Source: a candidate division FCPU426 bacterium
GTDB taxonomy: Bacteria > Oederibacteriota > Muellerivitia > Muellerivitales > Muellerivitaceae
Reading direction: 5' to 3'
Assembly: GCA_963849245.1 (NCBI GenBank)
Contig: CAWKIY010000029.1
Span: 3,733 to 67,732 of the forward strand
Length of the DNA stretch: 64,000 nucleotides
In this document: positions 29,301 through 38,994 of the stretch, piece after piece
Numbering within the stretch: the first letter of the stretch is position 1
Layout of the letters: each line of letters starts with the position of its first letter
Position numbers and translations under genes: made by a program
The notes under the pieces: model-generated
Told to the model about the DNA's origin: nothing
Seen by the model: the letters and a program-made list of their open reading frames with translations, nothing else
Databases searched by the model: none

Positions 29301-31116
29301 GCGATCCTACTGTTGGAGAGACTGTAATCGTCGGTGTTGCCGTAGGCGCGGGCGGCGTGGATGTATTCGTAGCCGTGTACACCGCCGTCGGGGTATAGGT
29401 TCCCGGAAGGAAGGTGTTCGTTGAGGTAAAAGTAACCGTGAAAGTACCCGTATTAGTCGGCGTAAAACTGCTGGTTAGGGTGGGCGTAAAGGTCGGCGTC
29501 GTAGTACTGGTTAGGGTTGTGGTCGAAGTAGCCGTAGTGGTTCCAGTCGCCGTGTTGGTAGAAGTAAGCGTCTTGGTCGGGGTGGAGGTCACCGTGGGGG
29601 CGACGTAACAAAAATTTAAATTATCGAAAAGAACCGTGGAAGAATAAGGGAATGTAGTAACCGACGCGGGACTCATCATCTCAAAATCTAAACTACGAAC
29701 GCCGGTGCCGTCATAGGTAATGGAGCTTAAATCCGCTATAACATTTGTCCACTGTCCGGCTGGCAGGCTTTGGGTAATGGTCACTACATGACTGGTCGTA
29801 TCGTAAATAACCACGTAGGATAAATTGATCGTTTGGGAAGGATTGATGTCAAAACTCAATTGAGTCGGATTGGAACCCATAGACTGGACATTAACGGCGG
29901 AGCCTCCACCGGCAACCCCGTCATAAACCTCCAATTGGGCCAAACCGCTGGGACCCGTGAAAGTAATCGCGTCCTGAAGACTGCCAACCGAGCCTCCATA
30001 GGTTTGAAGGGTATTCGTGTTCAACGTAACCGTTTGTGTCACAGAAGAGCTGACGACGAAATAACCGGTCGAGGGATTTGTCGTCCAAGGCGCCTCGTCA
30101 AAATCATCAAAATCAAAACAATTAGTCAAAACCGGAGTGCTGCTAGCCGTAGGAGTCGCTGTTGTTGTAGGTGTGGGAGTGCTTGTTGGAAGAGGCGTGA
30201 GGGTGTAAGTTCCAGGGGCGAAAGTATTAGTCGGGGTAAAGGTCGCCGTATTCGTCGGCGTTAACGTGGGAGTAGGCGCCGCAAAGCAAAAATTAAAGTT
30301 GTCTAAAAGAACCGTCGAAGAATAGGGATAAGTGCTCACCGATCCTGGGCTGGTGATGCCGAAATAAACCTGCACAACATCTGTGCCGTTGTAAGTGATC
30401 GAACTCAAGTCTACAACCACATTAGTCCATACACCGGCCGGAAGGGTTTGGTTCACGGGAACCGTATGTAAGGATGTGTCATAAACACCCACATTCGATA
30501 AGGTAATCACTTGGGAAGGATTGATATAAAAACTAAGTTTGGTTGGATTCGAACCCAGGTACTGCACATTAACGGCACCGCCAAAAGAAGCCCCGTTACC
30601 CACTCCCAACAATGCCAGATTACCAGCACCCGTGAAAGTAATTGCGTCCTGAAGGCTTCCTAAGGAACCACCATAGGTTTGAAGGCTATTGGTGTCCAAT
30701 GTAACGGCTTGAGTCGTGGAAGTATTAATTGGCTGGCACAAATAAGATGGGAAGCCCCCGCCAATCCATGGACTCTCGTCAAAATCATCAAAATTAAAAC
30801 AATTGGCCAAAGCGACCGTATTGGTGAAGGTAGGCGTATAGCTTCCGTTCGAGGTATTCGTGGGAGAAGGGGTGAAAGTCGCAGTTGGAGTACCCGTATT
30901 GAAAGGCGTAAAAGTAATCGTGGAAGTATAAGTCACCGTACCCGTAGCCGTCGGGGTAGCGGTAAGTCCCGGGGTATTGGTGGACGTACTGGTTGAAGTG
31001 AGGGTAGGCGTATTGGTGGCAAAGACAGGCAAGGCCCAACCCATGAAAAAAACAACCACGAAGCAGGCAAAAATGCCGGCATTCCAAAACAAAAATTTAT
31101 TTCCAAACGCTCTCAT
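26317..31116 (-). CDS. Giant (1599 aa) Thr/Pro-rich repetitive cell-surface protein. It has two CBM-like ~175-aa domains (xNCFxFDDFDExPW...) and a type-IX-secretion-like C-terminal sorting domain.
   Basis: Signal peptide. Two copies of the ..NCF(N/D)FDDFDE(S/A)PW...LQTYGGS(L/V)[11 protein letters not shown].. domain. Dozens of ~60-aa [23 protein letters not shown] repeat units. C-terminal [15 protein letters not shown]...TAFRKVQD...GIYYLKVQV...KILKVLVLR. Confidence 0.85.
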   Translation of the reverse strand: MRAFGNKFLFWNAGIFACFVVVFFMGWALPVFATNTPTLTSTSTSTNTPGLTATPTATGTVTYTSTITFTPFNTGTPTATFTPSPTNTSNGSYTPTFTNTVALANCFNFDDFDESPWIGGGFPSYLCQPINTSTTQAVTLDTNSLQTYGGSLGSLQDAITFTGAGNLALLGVGNGASFGGAVNVQYLGSNPTKLSFYINPSQVITLSNVGVYDTSLHTVPVNQTLPAGVWTNVVVDLSSITYNGTDVVQVYFGITSPGSVSTYPYSSTVLLDNFNFCFAAPTPTLTPTNTATFTPTNTFAPGTYTLTPLPTSTPTPTTTATPTASSTPVLTNCFDFDDFDEAPWTTNPSTGYFVVSSSVTQTVTLNTNTLQTYGGSVGSLQDAITFTGPSGLAQLEVYDGVAGGGSAVNVQSMGSNPTQLSFDINPSQTINLSYVVIYDTTSHVVTITQSLPAGQWTNVIADLSSITYDGTGVRSLDFEMMSPASVTTFPYSSTVLFDNLNFCYVAPTVTSTPTKTLTSTNTATGTTTATSTTTLTSTTTPTFTPTLTSSFTPTNTGTFTVTFTSTNTFLPGTYTPTAVYTATNTSTPPAPTATPTITVSPTVGSPTATPTVTPTPTVNLTGTATMTPSATLTLVNTSTATYTVTDTFTPSLPTATPTITISPTAGSPTATSTFTLTANLTGTATITPSATLTAVETSTATYTVTDTFTPSLPTATPTITVSPTVGSPTATSTVTSTATNTSTFAAPTATPTFTFTSTLNLTGTATITPSATPTNTFLPGTYTPTLVVTATLTPSLTNTVVPTGTSTFTMTSSSTSTMTSTATISLTPTSTSTFAATPTPSISGMVFENWEYPSYPEGGDPYGDTNGAVVSSSMDQTFGEVNSAVTGYLENTQVHSGSWGIQMAVTWTGSNGTAAYAFESGYAQINNYGDAVSIAPSAPASLSFWINTSSPVTFKVFMQSATSNSSYSVADTSYYTGGTGSPVLYSVTMLNTWVNVVLPINSTNWDSSIGTFNWAAVLDVGFLVAGPATGGSNETIDYDDIYFENAPPTATPTLTSTVTPTPGSPTATPTFTLTAVSTSTVTSTVTGTFTTVVPTATPTITISPTAGSPTVTSTFSFTPTVNLTGTATMTPSATLTVVYTATNTSTPAAPTATPTITVSPTVGSPTATPTVTPTPTVNLTGTATMTPSATLTLVNTSTATYTVTDTFTPSLPTATPTITISPTAGSPTATPTVTSTATNTSTFVAPTATPTFTLTVNLTGTATITPSATLTAVYTATNTSTPAAPTATPTITVSPTAGSPTSTSTVTLTPTFDLTGTATMTPSATLTVAYTATDTSTPAAPTATPTITISPTAGSPTATPTVTFTPTLNLTGTATMTLSITPTNTFLPGTYTPTAANTATNTPSATATSTQTLTATASDTLTPTASSTSTMTPTPIATNTATPTYSSTNTPTNTFTATLTNTLTATATSTPSSSPTSTLTLTLTPILTYTSTPTSTATASSNPGSTVVIGLPYPNPVHAGPVSIQLQIPAGSTVEWTVYTTAFRKVQDHTDTNFGNNAVLDWNLNDAWGNTVANGIYYLKVQVTGPVKSSKILKVLVLR
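27428..27656. repeat. 229-bp perfect direct repeat, copy 1, inside the adhesin gene. It is part of a longer array of ~180-bp coding repeats.
   Basis: Identical base for base to 29105-29333 by manual line-by-line comparison. Confidence 0.9.
29105..29333. repeat. 229-bp perfect direct repeat, copy 2, inside the adhesin gene
   Basis: Identical to 27428-27656. Flanking repeat units are related but diverged. Confidence 0.9.
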
Positions 31117-31348
31117 TTATATAACTTTCCTTTAAAACAATACCCCGCCCACGGCGGTTATTTCTTATTCATAGAACCAACAGGGAAAGGATTTTATCAC
31201 AAACCCCTAAAAGCATATCCCGTTTGTCCCCGCCCAGTTGAAATAGGCGAAAAAAGCGATTTCTTGATTCAATTTTTTACAGCTTCTTAACCCCAACCGC
31301 GTCACTCCTCAACATTTATCTCCAAGCACACTGGCCATCGTTTTCATA

Positions 31349-32704
31349 CTAGGGTGTAGCCTCCGGTACCACGCCTTTATACTTCTCAAGCCAATCCGCC
31401 AGGGACTTGGCTTCAGGTTTTAATTTGAGAACCTGCTCAAAACATTGAATGGCATAAGCCTTTTGATTGACACGGTAATACAAGTTCGCCAGCTGCCACC
31501 AAGCCTTAGCGTCTTGGGGATTCTCTTTGATTGCGGCTCGATAGGCTTCCGAGGCCTGAGTCCATTGGCCGTCCTGTTCCAATTTTTCACCGTTAGCCAC
31601 TTGGGGCGACAGCATGTCAAAGTGGACAGTCAGGGATTGTCCCCCAGCCCCGGCGGAAGACCCCGTAACCGGTTCGGGCTTCACCCCGGCTGTTACAGAC
31701 TGCGCCGTTGAAGCTTTCACCGACTGAGTCGCAGTGGATGTCGGCTGGGAAGGTCCGCCGAAACGATAAGTCAGGCTGATCCGGTTTGTGGCGCCTAAGT
31801 CGCCGAAGGGCACAAAGGCATAATCCAAACACAGCCCTGAGAAATCCACTCCGCCTCCGGCGCTAAAACCTTGAAGACCGTTGAGTCCGGTATCTTGTAA
31901 GACTCCCTGATAGCCTGCCCGGATAAAGTAGGTGGATTTGTAGGAAGCTTCCGCACCCAGATTGAACTCGCTCCCGTATTGGGGTTCATAGGAATAAGCG
32001 ACGGCCGTTAATACCGAGAAAGGGCCCTTGCTCGAAAAAAGTTTCGAAATCCCTAGTCTCAAGATAGAAGAGGCGGAAGCGCTGTTGGTCGTCGTACCGA
32101 AGTTCTCAAAAGAAGCCCCAAAGCGCCATCCCCCGGGGACAGCAAAGAGAAATCCCGCGTCCGCGTCAAAGAGATTGTAGGTATAAGAAGCCAATTGCTG
32201 GGAAGTGCCCCGCAAATCGAGCCCGATAGAAAATCCTTTGAAAAGCTCTAGGCCCATGCCCGCGCCCAAACCAAACTGATTGGCGCTACTCGAGGCCGCC
32301 AAGGTCCCATCCGCGTTACGACCCTGAAAGGTTCCGTAGTTCACCATCTGGGCGGTAAATCCCAACCCCATTCCCTTCATCAGGGGCAGACCCATGGTGA
32401 AAATATCCTGGGATATCCCATCCAAGCCAATAAGGTGATCCAACCCCAAATCATTTCCGCCCAAAGTCGCCAATCCGGCCGGGTTATAAAAAAGGGCTGA
32501 GGAATCATCCGCCACCGCGACGAAAGCGTTCCCCATCGCCACATCCCGGGCCGAGGCCCCGGCGCTTTCGAAGGGATCTTGAATAGAAGAGGTGGAAAGT
32601 GTCTGCGCCCCTATTGAACTAAAAGAGGCTGTCCCCAAGAACACGAAGAGGCCTAGCATAACTTTCATCGCTAACCCTTGCGGGCACTTCATGACGGGGC
32701 GCAT
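31349..32704 (-). CDS. FadL/PorV-like outer-membrane beta-barrel protein with C-terminal TPR extension
   Basis: Signal peptide MKVMLGLFVFLGTASFSSIGAQ. N-terminal block ..ARDVAMGNAFVAVADDSSALFYNPAGLA.. is typical of the FadL/PorV-like family. C-terminal ..AKAWWQLANLYYRVNQKAYAIQCFEQVLKLKPEA.. is a TPR repeat. The start ATG overlaps the stop of the upstream cargo gene (TAATG). Confidence 0.55.
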   Translation of the reverse strand: MRPVMKCPQGLAMKVMLGLFVFLGTASFSSIGAQTLSTSSIQDPFESAGASARDVAMGNAFVAVADDSSALFYNPAGLATLGGNDLGLDHLIGLDGISQDIFTMGLPLMKGMGLGFTAQMVNYGTFQGRNADGTLAASSSANQFGLGAGMGLELFKGFSIGLDLRGTSQQLASYTYNLFDADAGFLFAVPGGWRFGASFENFGTTTNSASASSILRLGISKLFSSKGPFSVLTAVAYSYEPQYGSEFNLGAEASYKSTYFIRAGYQGVLQDTGLNGLQGFSAGGGVDFSGLCLDYAFVPFGDLGATNRISLTYRFGGPSQPTSTATQSVKASTAQSVTAGVKPEPVTGSSAGAGGQSLTVHFDMLSPQVANGEKLEQDGQWTQASEAYRAAIKENPQDAKAWWQLANLYYRVNQKAYAIQCFEQVLKLKPEAKSLADWLEKYKGVVPEATP

Positions 32705-35580
32705 TAACGCGCCACCAGGAACTTCGACACGGGCACCGAGTCGGCACCGCCTGAGTCATAGTTCATGTTAATCAAGTACAAATACACCCCCGGCGCGTAA
32801 CCGGCGAAATTCAGGGTGCTGGTTTGGGCTCCGGCAGACTTGGTTTCCTGCTGAGTGCAAACCAATTGGCCGATGGCGTTAAAGATGCGAATTTTCACGG
32901 TTCCCGAATTGGCCATCCAATAGGCCAAGGTACCCGTCGTTCCCGTCACCGGCTCAGGGGCTATATAAGAACCTCCTGTTGGCGGCAGTTCTTTCAGGGG
33001 AAAGCCGGACGAAATGATAGGCGTAGCTGTCAGGGTCGGTGTGGGAGTAACGGAAACCGTTGGCGTAATCGTATTGGTAGGACTACTGGTTAAAGTAGCT
33101 GTTGAAGTAATAGAAGGTGTATTAGTCGGAACAGGGCTAAAAGTACCGGTAACTGTGGCTGTAAGAGTATTGGTAGATGTACTAGTTGGAGTATTCGTAA
33201 TCGAATTCGTGGGAGTGCTGGTCGGAATGTTGGTGGGTGTAATCGTGACAGTGTTGGTGACGGTTGGAGAGCTTCCTGGGCCAGGTGTATAAAAATCCGA
33301 CGCGTCGAATTTAGCTACGAAGGCATGTCCATAACTGCTAGTAGGGTCGCTAGTTTGATAGGCGCCGGAGGTCGTTGGGAAATTACTGGAATAAGCGTTC
33401 CCAGTCAAATAAATGTTTCCACTTCCGTCCATCGCCAAACCTGAACCCGAATCGGATTTATTCCCGCCCAAATAGGTCGAATAAGCTAGACTCGTACCCA
33501 GGGGACTCAATTCAGTGACAAAAGCATAGCTATTACCGCTGGAAGGACCGATAGTTTGGAAGGCCCCAGTTGTCGTCGGGAAATTAGTGGAGAAAGTTTG
33601 CCCCCCTACATAAATATCACCATTCCCGTCCAGTAGGATGCCATAACCTGAATCAGAGGTATTTCCGCCTAGGAAAGTGGAAAAGACCAACTGGGCGCTA
33701 CCGCTCGCCGAGGGGTTCAACTCGAGGACGAACGCAGGAACCCCTCCTGAGGGAAAGCTCGTTTGATAGGCTCCGGAAGTCGTTGGGAAATTGGATGAAC
33801 CGGTGCCTCCAGTCACATAAACATCATCGTTCCCATCCAAAGCCATGCCACGGAATATGTCATCATTACTTCCTCCTAAATAAGTGGAATAGACCAAGCC
33901 AGTTCCTGTTGGGTTCAACTCGGTTATGAAACCATGGTCCTTTCCAACAGCTGGATCACTGGTTTGATAGGCGCCGGAGGTCGTAGGAAAATTGCTGGCG
34001 AGAGTGCTCCCTATCACAAAAGCGTTTCCGCTCCCATCTACCGCAATCCCATTACAGGCATCCACCTCAGTATCAGTTCCACTGTAACTCCCCGTCAAAA
34101 AGGTGGAATAGACGAGGGCCGTTCCCGCCGGGTTGAATTCAAGAACAAAACCATGTTCATTGCCACTGGTAGGGGCGTCGGGATAACTAGTTTCGTAGGC
34201 CCCCGTCGTAGTCGGGAAATCATGGTTCGAAGTGTATCCCGCCACATAGGCATCTCCATTGGCATCCACCACAATGGCACTGCCGTCTTCATAATTACCG
34301 TCCAACGAAATATAGGTCGAATAAACCAACCCCGAGCCGGTTGAATTCAGTTCGGTCACAACACCATGGAAATTAACTGCGGTAGCGTTGGTTTCAAAGG
34401 CCCCTGCCGTCGTGGGATAGTCGACGGCAGAAGAGTCCCCCGTGATATAAGCGTTTCCACCATGCAATGCCAAAGCATTACCATCACAATAACCGTTTCC
34501 ACCCAAATAGGTGGAATAGACCAGGTTCGTTCCACTGGAATTCATTTCACTCACAAAAATTTGATAAGTGCCGCTGGTAGGATCGTTGGGTTGTTCAGCC
34601 CCCAAGGTCGTCGGAAAATTGGTAGAAGTGGTCGTGCCAACCACATAGGCGTCCCCGCTTCCGTCCACCGCAATACCCTGTCCAACGTCCAGATTATTCC
34701 CACCCAAATAAGTGGAATAATCTAATTGTGGGTCAATGATGAGTGGCTTGGATTTATCATAGACTCCAGCCTCAAAACCGATCATACTTTCGTTCTTCGG
34801 GGAGAACTTCCCTTCCACAGGAGTCCGGGTTCCCCCTTCCTCCTGGTAAAGAGTGGGAGCGTGAAAGACCAACTTCCGGGCTCCCACCGAAATTTCCAGG
34901 TTCCCCTCGGCGCTGACCTCTACCTTATCCGCACCCTCCACCTTCATGCGGATCGCGCCAGGGTCCGCTCCCGGTTTGACCGTGAAGTCATATTCCAACC
35001 TGCCCTGGTGGCCGTAATAGATCATGTCCACGCCCGGATAAACTTCCGAGGCCCGGATCTTAGCGTATTGGGGAATGTTGGCATGCCATTTGGAACGATC
35101 GTTACCGATGAAGTAATTGCTGATACCAGAAAGTTTTTCCAGACCCTGGAAGGACAGATTCTTTTGGACACCGGAAAGGGTAAGCCGCACCACGTCGTGG
35201 GACCCTGGCTTGGGGTGGAATTTCGAAAACTTTTGTCCTTTAGACTGGGGGTCGCCTGAAGATTTGGCTTCCGTCTTGTGAAGCGACAGCACAGCGCCCG
35301 AACCTGTTAAAAAGAGAGTGTAACCGGCTCCCTGGCTCAAAAATTGGACCCGGGAATCAGTCTGGCCTTCATTGGGCTCAAAGGCCAAAGGTAGTTTTCC
35401 ATAGTTTTGATTGAGATGGATTTGTTGGCTGGTAGGAACAGGAGCACGTTTTAATTTATTGGTTAGGACGTTACCCGAAGGGCCAAAACCAAACAAGAAC
35501 ATAGGAAGGGCCAGGAGGATAACAAGAGTACTGAATAAACGACGTGTCATTAATGATGCTCCCTCAAATAAAACTTTCAA
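32704..35580 (-). CDS. Secreted beta-propeller-repeat (SBBP-type) protein with Thr/Pro linker and type-IX-like C-terminal sorting domain
   Basis: About ten repeats of YSTYLGG..xD.G.GIA(V/L)D.SGNAYV.G.T.S.NFPTT. A TPTxT linker. C-terminal ..KIRIFNAIGQLV...PGVYLYLINMNYD...KFLVAR beta-sandwich tail. Confidence 0.8.
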   Translation of the reverse strand: MKVLFEGASLMTRRLFSTLVILLALPMFLFGFGPSGNVLTNKLKRAPVPTSQQIHLNQNYGKLPLAFEPNEGQTDSRVQFLSQGAGYTLFLTGSGAVLSLHKTEAKSSGDPQSKGQKFSKFHPKPGSHDVVRLTLSGVQKNLSFQGLEKLSGISNYFIGNDRSKWHANIPQYAKIRASEVYPGVDMIYYGHQGRLEYDFTVKPGADPGAIRMKVEGADKVEVSAEGNLEISVGARKLVFHAPTLYQEEGGTRTPVEGKFSPKNESMIGFEAGVYDKSKPLIIDPQLDYSTYLGGNNLDVGQGIAVDGSGDAYVVGTTTSTNFPTTLGAEQPNDPTSGTYQIFVSEMNSSGTNLVYSTYLGGNGYCDGNALALHGGNAYITGDSSAVDYPTTAGAFETNATAVNFHGVVTELNSTGSGLVYSTYISLDGNYEDGSAIVVDANGDAYVAGYTSNHDFPTTTGAYETSYPDAPTSGNEHGFVLEFNPAGTALVYSTFLTGSYSGTDTEVDACNGIAVDGSGNAFVIGSTLASNFPTTSGAYQTSDPAVGKDHGFITELNPTGTGLVYSTYLGGSNDDIFRGMALDGNDDVYVTGGTGSSNFPTTSGAYQTSFPSGGVPAFVLELNPSASGSAQLVFSTFLGGNTSDSGYGILLDGNGDIYVGGQTFSTNFPTTTGAFQTIGPSSGNSYAFVTELSPLGTSLAYSTYLGGNKSDSGSGLAMDGSGNIYLTGNAYSSNFPTTSGAYQTSDPTSSYGHAFVAKFDASDFYTPGPGSSPTVTNTVTITPTNIPTSTPTNSITNTPTSTSTNTLTATVTGTFSPVPTNTPSITSTATLTSSPTNTITPTVSVTPTPTLTATPIISSGFPLKELPPTGGSYIAPEPVTGTTGTLAYWMANSGTVKIRIFNAIGQLVCTQQETKSAGAQTSTLNFAGYAPGVYLYLINMNYDSGGADSVPVSKFLVAR

Positions 35581-35581
35581 A

Positions 35582-36304
35582 TTAACGAATCATTACTTCT
35601 TTACTCATCGAGTTGCCGTTCCCCTTGACCTCGATGTGGTATATCCCGGACGTCGCGGCCCGGTTTTGATCCAATAAACCATCCCATGTAAAGGCCCACT
35701 TCCCCACGGCCAGCGGCCCCTCATACAAACGCCGAACCTCGGTTCCATCCGGGCCCGTGATCCGCACCAAAATTGACCCTGCCGCCTCTTGATCCACCAC
35801 CACCCTGAGGTTTCGATAATCCGTATCGAAACCAGGGTTAGGAGGAGCCTGATCCATCCCCGCTGGCACCGGCGTGGCTCCATTCGGTATCGAAGGCGTC
35901 AACACCACGCTTTCCGTCGGGACCGGCGGAGGCCCGATCGGCTTTTCCGCTTTCCTAGAAACAGGAGCGATGATTTTCAATTCCGTCTGCGCGGGTACAG
36001 GCGCCATCACCGGTGACGAAACCACCACCGGCAAAGGCTGACTTTCAACCTGGGGCCAATAATGCCAAACACCCACTCCGCTCAAAACCACAACTGGCGC
36101 CCATCGGCCCCAGGACGATTTCAGAAACCGGGCCAGCTTTCCAGGCGCCTTGGGTTCGGGTAATCCGAATCCAAAATAAACCTTCTCCGCCTTTTGGGCG
36201 AAGCGCTCGGCGGCGTCCTCAGAGGAAGCTAACAGCTTCGCCAGGGCCTGGTCTTCGGCCTCGGTCAATTCGGAACGGAAGAATTTTTCGATCAGGTCAG
36301 CCAT
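35582..36304 (-). CDS. Anti-sigma factor (single-pass). Its periplasmic C-terminal domain resembles the cargo C-terminal sorting (FlgD-Ig-like) domain.
   Basis: N-terminal cytoplasmic anti-sigma segment, then TM WAPVVVLSGVGVWHYW, a Pro-rich linker, and a C-terminal ..GSILVRITGPDGTEVRRLYEG..WAFTWDGLLDQNRAATSGIYHIEVKGNGNSMSKEVMIR. Overlaps the sigma gene by 8 nt. Ends 1 nt before the next gene start. Confidence 0.6.
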   Translation of the reverse strand: MADLIEKFFRSELTEAEDQALAKLLASSEDAAERFAQKAEKVYFGFGLPEPKAPGKLARFLKSSWGRWAPVVVLSGVGVWHYWPQVESQPLPVVVSSPVMAPVPAQTELKIIAPVSRKAEKPIGPPPVPTESVVLTPSIPNGATPVPAGMDQAPPNPGFDTDYRNLRVVVDQEAAGSILVRITGPDGTEVRRLYEGPLAVGKWAFTWDGLLDQNRAATSGIYHIEVKGNGNSMSKEVMIR

Positions 36305-36875
36305 CGATAATCCCCCTTCTCCGGGCCGTCTTCAGCACCCTCTGTTTCAACTCGTCCTTACACCGGGCCAGCCGGGACATCACCGTTCCGATGGGAACCT
36401 TCAGGAATTTGGATAATTCGGCGTAATTTTTGTTCTGCCGGTCCCTCAGGTCCAAAATTTCACGGCAACGGTCCCCCAAAGCCTCAAGTTCAGACTTCAC
36501 AATTTGAAGAAGATCCCGCTTGTCCCCTTCCCTGACCTTTTCCGCGGCTTTTTCCACCGCGATTCCGTTGGTCAGGTTTTCCAGTTCCTCGTTAGCGTTC
36601 GCGACCTGGCGCTTTCGGCGCCGGATTCGGTCATAACAGCGGTAAACACAGATGCGGCGAAGCCAATGTAAAAAAGTGGAACGGAATTGAAATTTCGAGA
36701 GATCCTGAAGGGCCGCCAGGAAGGTTTCCTGGACCACGTCTTCCACTTCCGGGTCGCCATTTCCCAGAATGAAAGTCGCGATGCGGTAGAGTTTAGGGCG
36801 GTAGGTACGAAAGAAAAACCGCTCGGCGGAGCTGTCCTTTTCCAGGAGCCCCCGAACCAAGTCACGATCATCCAA
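36297..36875 (-). CDS. ECF-type RNA polymerase sigma factor (sigma-70 regions 2 and 4)
   Basis: ..ERFFFRTYRPKLYRIATFILGNGDPEVEDVVQETFLAALQDL.. is region 2. ..YAELSKFLKVPIGTVMSRLARCKDELKQRV is the region-4 HTH. 192 aa. Confidence 0.85.
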   Translation of the reverse strand: MDDRDLVRGLLEKDSSAERFFFRTYRPKLYRIATFILGNGDPEVEDVVQETFLAALQDLSKFQFRSTFLHWLRRICVYRCYDRIRRRKRQVANANEELENLTNGIAVEKAAEKVREGDKRDLLQIVKSELEALGDRCREILDLRDRQNKNYAELSKFLKVPIGTVMSRLARCKDELKQRVLKTARRRGIIDG

Positions 36876-36989
36876 TAGTGATCCCCCATCGCCATAATCC
36901 CTCCCCTCTATCTACTAAGGGTGGGAAGCTCGTTATTTATTCCAAAAAAATATTAAGTCTTTAAATATTCATGAAAATATCAGAAAAAC

Positions 36990-37020
36990 CCCATTTTTAA
37001 ACCCTGAAAATGGGGACTTT
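36990..37020 (-). terminator. Rho-independent terminator after the 37086..37712 gene
   Basis: ccccatttt taaaccctg aaaatgggg hairpin followed on the minus strand by tttttctgatatttt. Confidence 0.7.
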
Positions 37021-37085
37021 TAAAAGGATTATTTGGTGATAAGGAGTTTTACAGGGAATTTAATGTAGGTTGAAAATGAATCTTT

Positions 37086-37712
37086 TTAGGTGAAAACCTT
37101 GGAAAGACTGGGCAAAACATTGATGGGGGTAAGTTCACGCACTTGGGCGCCTTCGTTTTCCCATACTTTTAATCGATTTTGGTGTTCCTCAATAATCGGC
37201 TGGGCCGCGACGGCGGCATAAACCGCCTTAAGATGAAGGGAAAGCTGTTTTTCGCTGGGACGGTTCGGACCTGTTAAAAGCTTGGCGGCCCCGTCCTGGG
37301 CACAGGCGGTCAAAATGAAAGAATTTCCATCAAAGGAGTAAATCTCCAGATTACTGATCACGACTTTACCCGCTTCTTTTCCTTCTACCCAATTCACCAA
37401 AAGAAGAACTGATTTTTTGTCTGGCGCGATGAACACCCGGGCCCAAAAGAAGAGCGTAGAGGCGTAAGAGTAATCCCCGATAAAAACATAACCCTGTTCT
37501 TGCAGCTTTTGGCTGTACTGGGCCTGCCAAGCGGGGGTCAGCCGTTCGGTCATGTCTTGCGGGGCTTTGACTAAATTGACTGAAATTTTAGGAAGATGGG
37601 CGAACGGAGAATCATCGATAGCATTTTTAGGGCGAAATAGCTTTTCGGTGAACAGGATATACCCGATCACAAGAAACAAAAGAATGATAATAACAATTCC
37701 ACCAACACCCAT
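37086..37712 (-). CDS. Hypothetical membrane-anchored protein
   Basis: N-terminal TM GIVIIILLFLVIGYILF. 208 aa. No recognised domain. Confidence 0.5.
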   Translation of the reverse strand: MGVGGIVIIILLFLVIGYILFTEKLFRPKNAIDDSPFAHLPKISVNLVKAPQDMTERLTPAWQAQYSQKLQEQGYVFIGDYSYASTLFFWARVFIAPDKKSVLLLVNWVEGKEAGKVVISNLEIYSFDGNSFILTACAQDGAAKLLTGPNRPSEKQLSLHLKAVYAAVAAQPIIEEHQNRLKVWENEGAQVRELTPINVLPSLSKVFT

Positions 37713-37805
37713 AAAAATCCTTAAAAATAATTTTCGACCTTAGGTTCAATAAAATAAAAAGCCGCGGTCAATTAAGATGACCGCGGCTTTGAGGACTATA
37801 AGCTT

Positions 37806-38369
37806 TTAAAACTCAACTTTCGGAGGCTCTTGAGCCGCTTCCTTCGCCTTAAAATACGCGTCCTTCACCTTGAAGTTACAGATGGAGGCGATCAGGTTGG
37901 TCGGAAAGCTTTGTACTTTCACGTTGTACTCCAGAACCGCGTCGTTGTAGCGTTTGCGTTCCACCGCGATGCGGTTTTCCGTTCCGGCCAATTCATCCTG
38001 CAAACGCAGAAACCCTTCGTTAGCTTTCAAATCCGGATATTGCTCGACCACCACCATCAAATGGTTCAAGGCGCTTCCCAAATCGTCGGAGGACTTGGCC
38101 TTCTCAGCCGGCGTCTTCGCCGCTCCCCATTGGCTGCGCAAGCGGGTGACTTCTTCCAGCACATCCTTTTCATGCTTCGCGTAGCCTTTAACCGTCGCGA
38201 CCAAGTTCGGAATCAAGTCATACCGGCGCTGCATATCGTTTTCAACCTGGGCCCAGCTGGCGTCAATGGCCTGGCTGGTGGAAACCAACCCGTTATAAGA
38301 CCCAATCAACATGAGAAAAAAAACCGCGACAAATCCGAGTAAAGCCCACAGCCAAATTTTCGACGACAT
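37806..38369 (-). CDS. LemA family protein
   Basis: N-terminal TM plus ..YNGLVSTSQAIDASWAQVENDMQRRYDLIPNLV..EVTRLRS.. characteristic of LemA. Confidence 0.85.
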   Translation of the reverse strand: MSSKIWLWALLGFVAVFFLMLIGSYNGLVSTSQAIDASWAQVENDMQRRYDLIPNLVATVKGYAKHEKDVLEEVTRLRSQWGAAKTPAEKAKSSDDLGSALNHLMVVVEQYPDLKANEGFLRLQDELAGTENRIAVERKRYNDAVLEYNVKVQSFPTNLIASICNFKVKDAYFKAKEAAQEPPKVEF

Positions 38370-38423
38370 AAAAACCCCCGTTTTTAATTTTTCATCTAAT
38401 ACCTGAATTTAAAAAACCATCTC

Positions 38424-38984
38424 TTAATTTCCGTACAATCCCATGATCTGTGTCTTCGCCAAAATATGACCCTTCATCGCCTTCACTAACAGATCTTTCG
38501 GCATCCCCGCGGATAAGCTTAAAGTCGAATCCAGGGCGTAAAGCTCAAAGTAATATCGGTGCATTCCGCTGGGAGGGCAAGGCCCGTCATAACCCACTTT
38601 TTTAAAGTCATTCGACCCCTGCAGAATTCCGTTATCCATCTTATCCACCCGGGGGAAAGCCTCTAAAAGCTCATAGGTATTGTCAGAAATACCCGCGGGT
38701 TTCACCGGGATATTGTAAATCACCCAATGAATCCAGGTTTGGATGGAAGCGTCCGGGTCTTCCACGACCAAGGCGAAACTTTTCGTTTTCGGCGGAGCGC
38801 CTTTCCAGTTCAACTCCGGGGACTCATTTTTACCATTGCAGGCATAAAGACTGGGAATCATTCCCCCATCTTTAAAGGAAGTGCTTTCCAAATGAAGCGT
38901 CGATTTGACCTTCGGGGCCGCCCAAACCGCGGAAAAAATCAAACCGCCCAGTGATGCCGTTAGGATCAAAACAAACTTGTTCAT
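38424..38984 (-). CDS. YbhB/YbcL (PEBP / Raf-kinase-inhibitor-like) family protein, secreted paralog
   Basis: Signal peptide. ..PELNWKGAPPKTKSFALVVEDPDAS...WIHWVIYNIP...GYDGPCPPSGMHRYYFELYALD matches the PEBP bacterial subfamily. Confidence 0.8.
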   Translation of the reverse strand: MNKFVLILTASLGGLIFSAVWAAPKVKSTLHLESTSFKDGGMIPSLYACNGKNESPELNWKGAPPKTKSFALVVEDPDASIQTWIHWVIYNIPVKPAGISDNTYELLEAFPRVDKMDNGILQGSNDFKKVGYDGPCPPSGMHRYYFELYALDSTLSLSAGMPKDLLVKAMKGHILAKTQIMGLYGN

Positions 38985-38994
38985 GCCCTTCTCC

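Noticed and set aside
26960-29600. Possible CRISPR array suggested by regularly spaced ~180-bp DNA repeats
   Set aside because: The repeats are in frame inside a long protein-coding gene, have no short spacer/repeat alternation and no cas genes nearby. They are coding tandem repeats.
27023-29608. Plus-strand ORFs 27023..27517, 27530..27994, 28802..29194, 29207..29398 and others encoding [12 protein letters not shown]-type repeats
   Set aside because: They are antisense to the Thr/Pro-rich repeats of the 26317..31116 adhesin gene. ACN/CCN codons read as GNN/GGN on the opposite strand and stay open by composition. The minus-strand gene has the signal peptide, domains and C-terminal sorting domain, so these are not genes.
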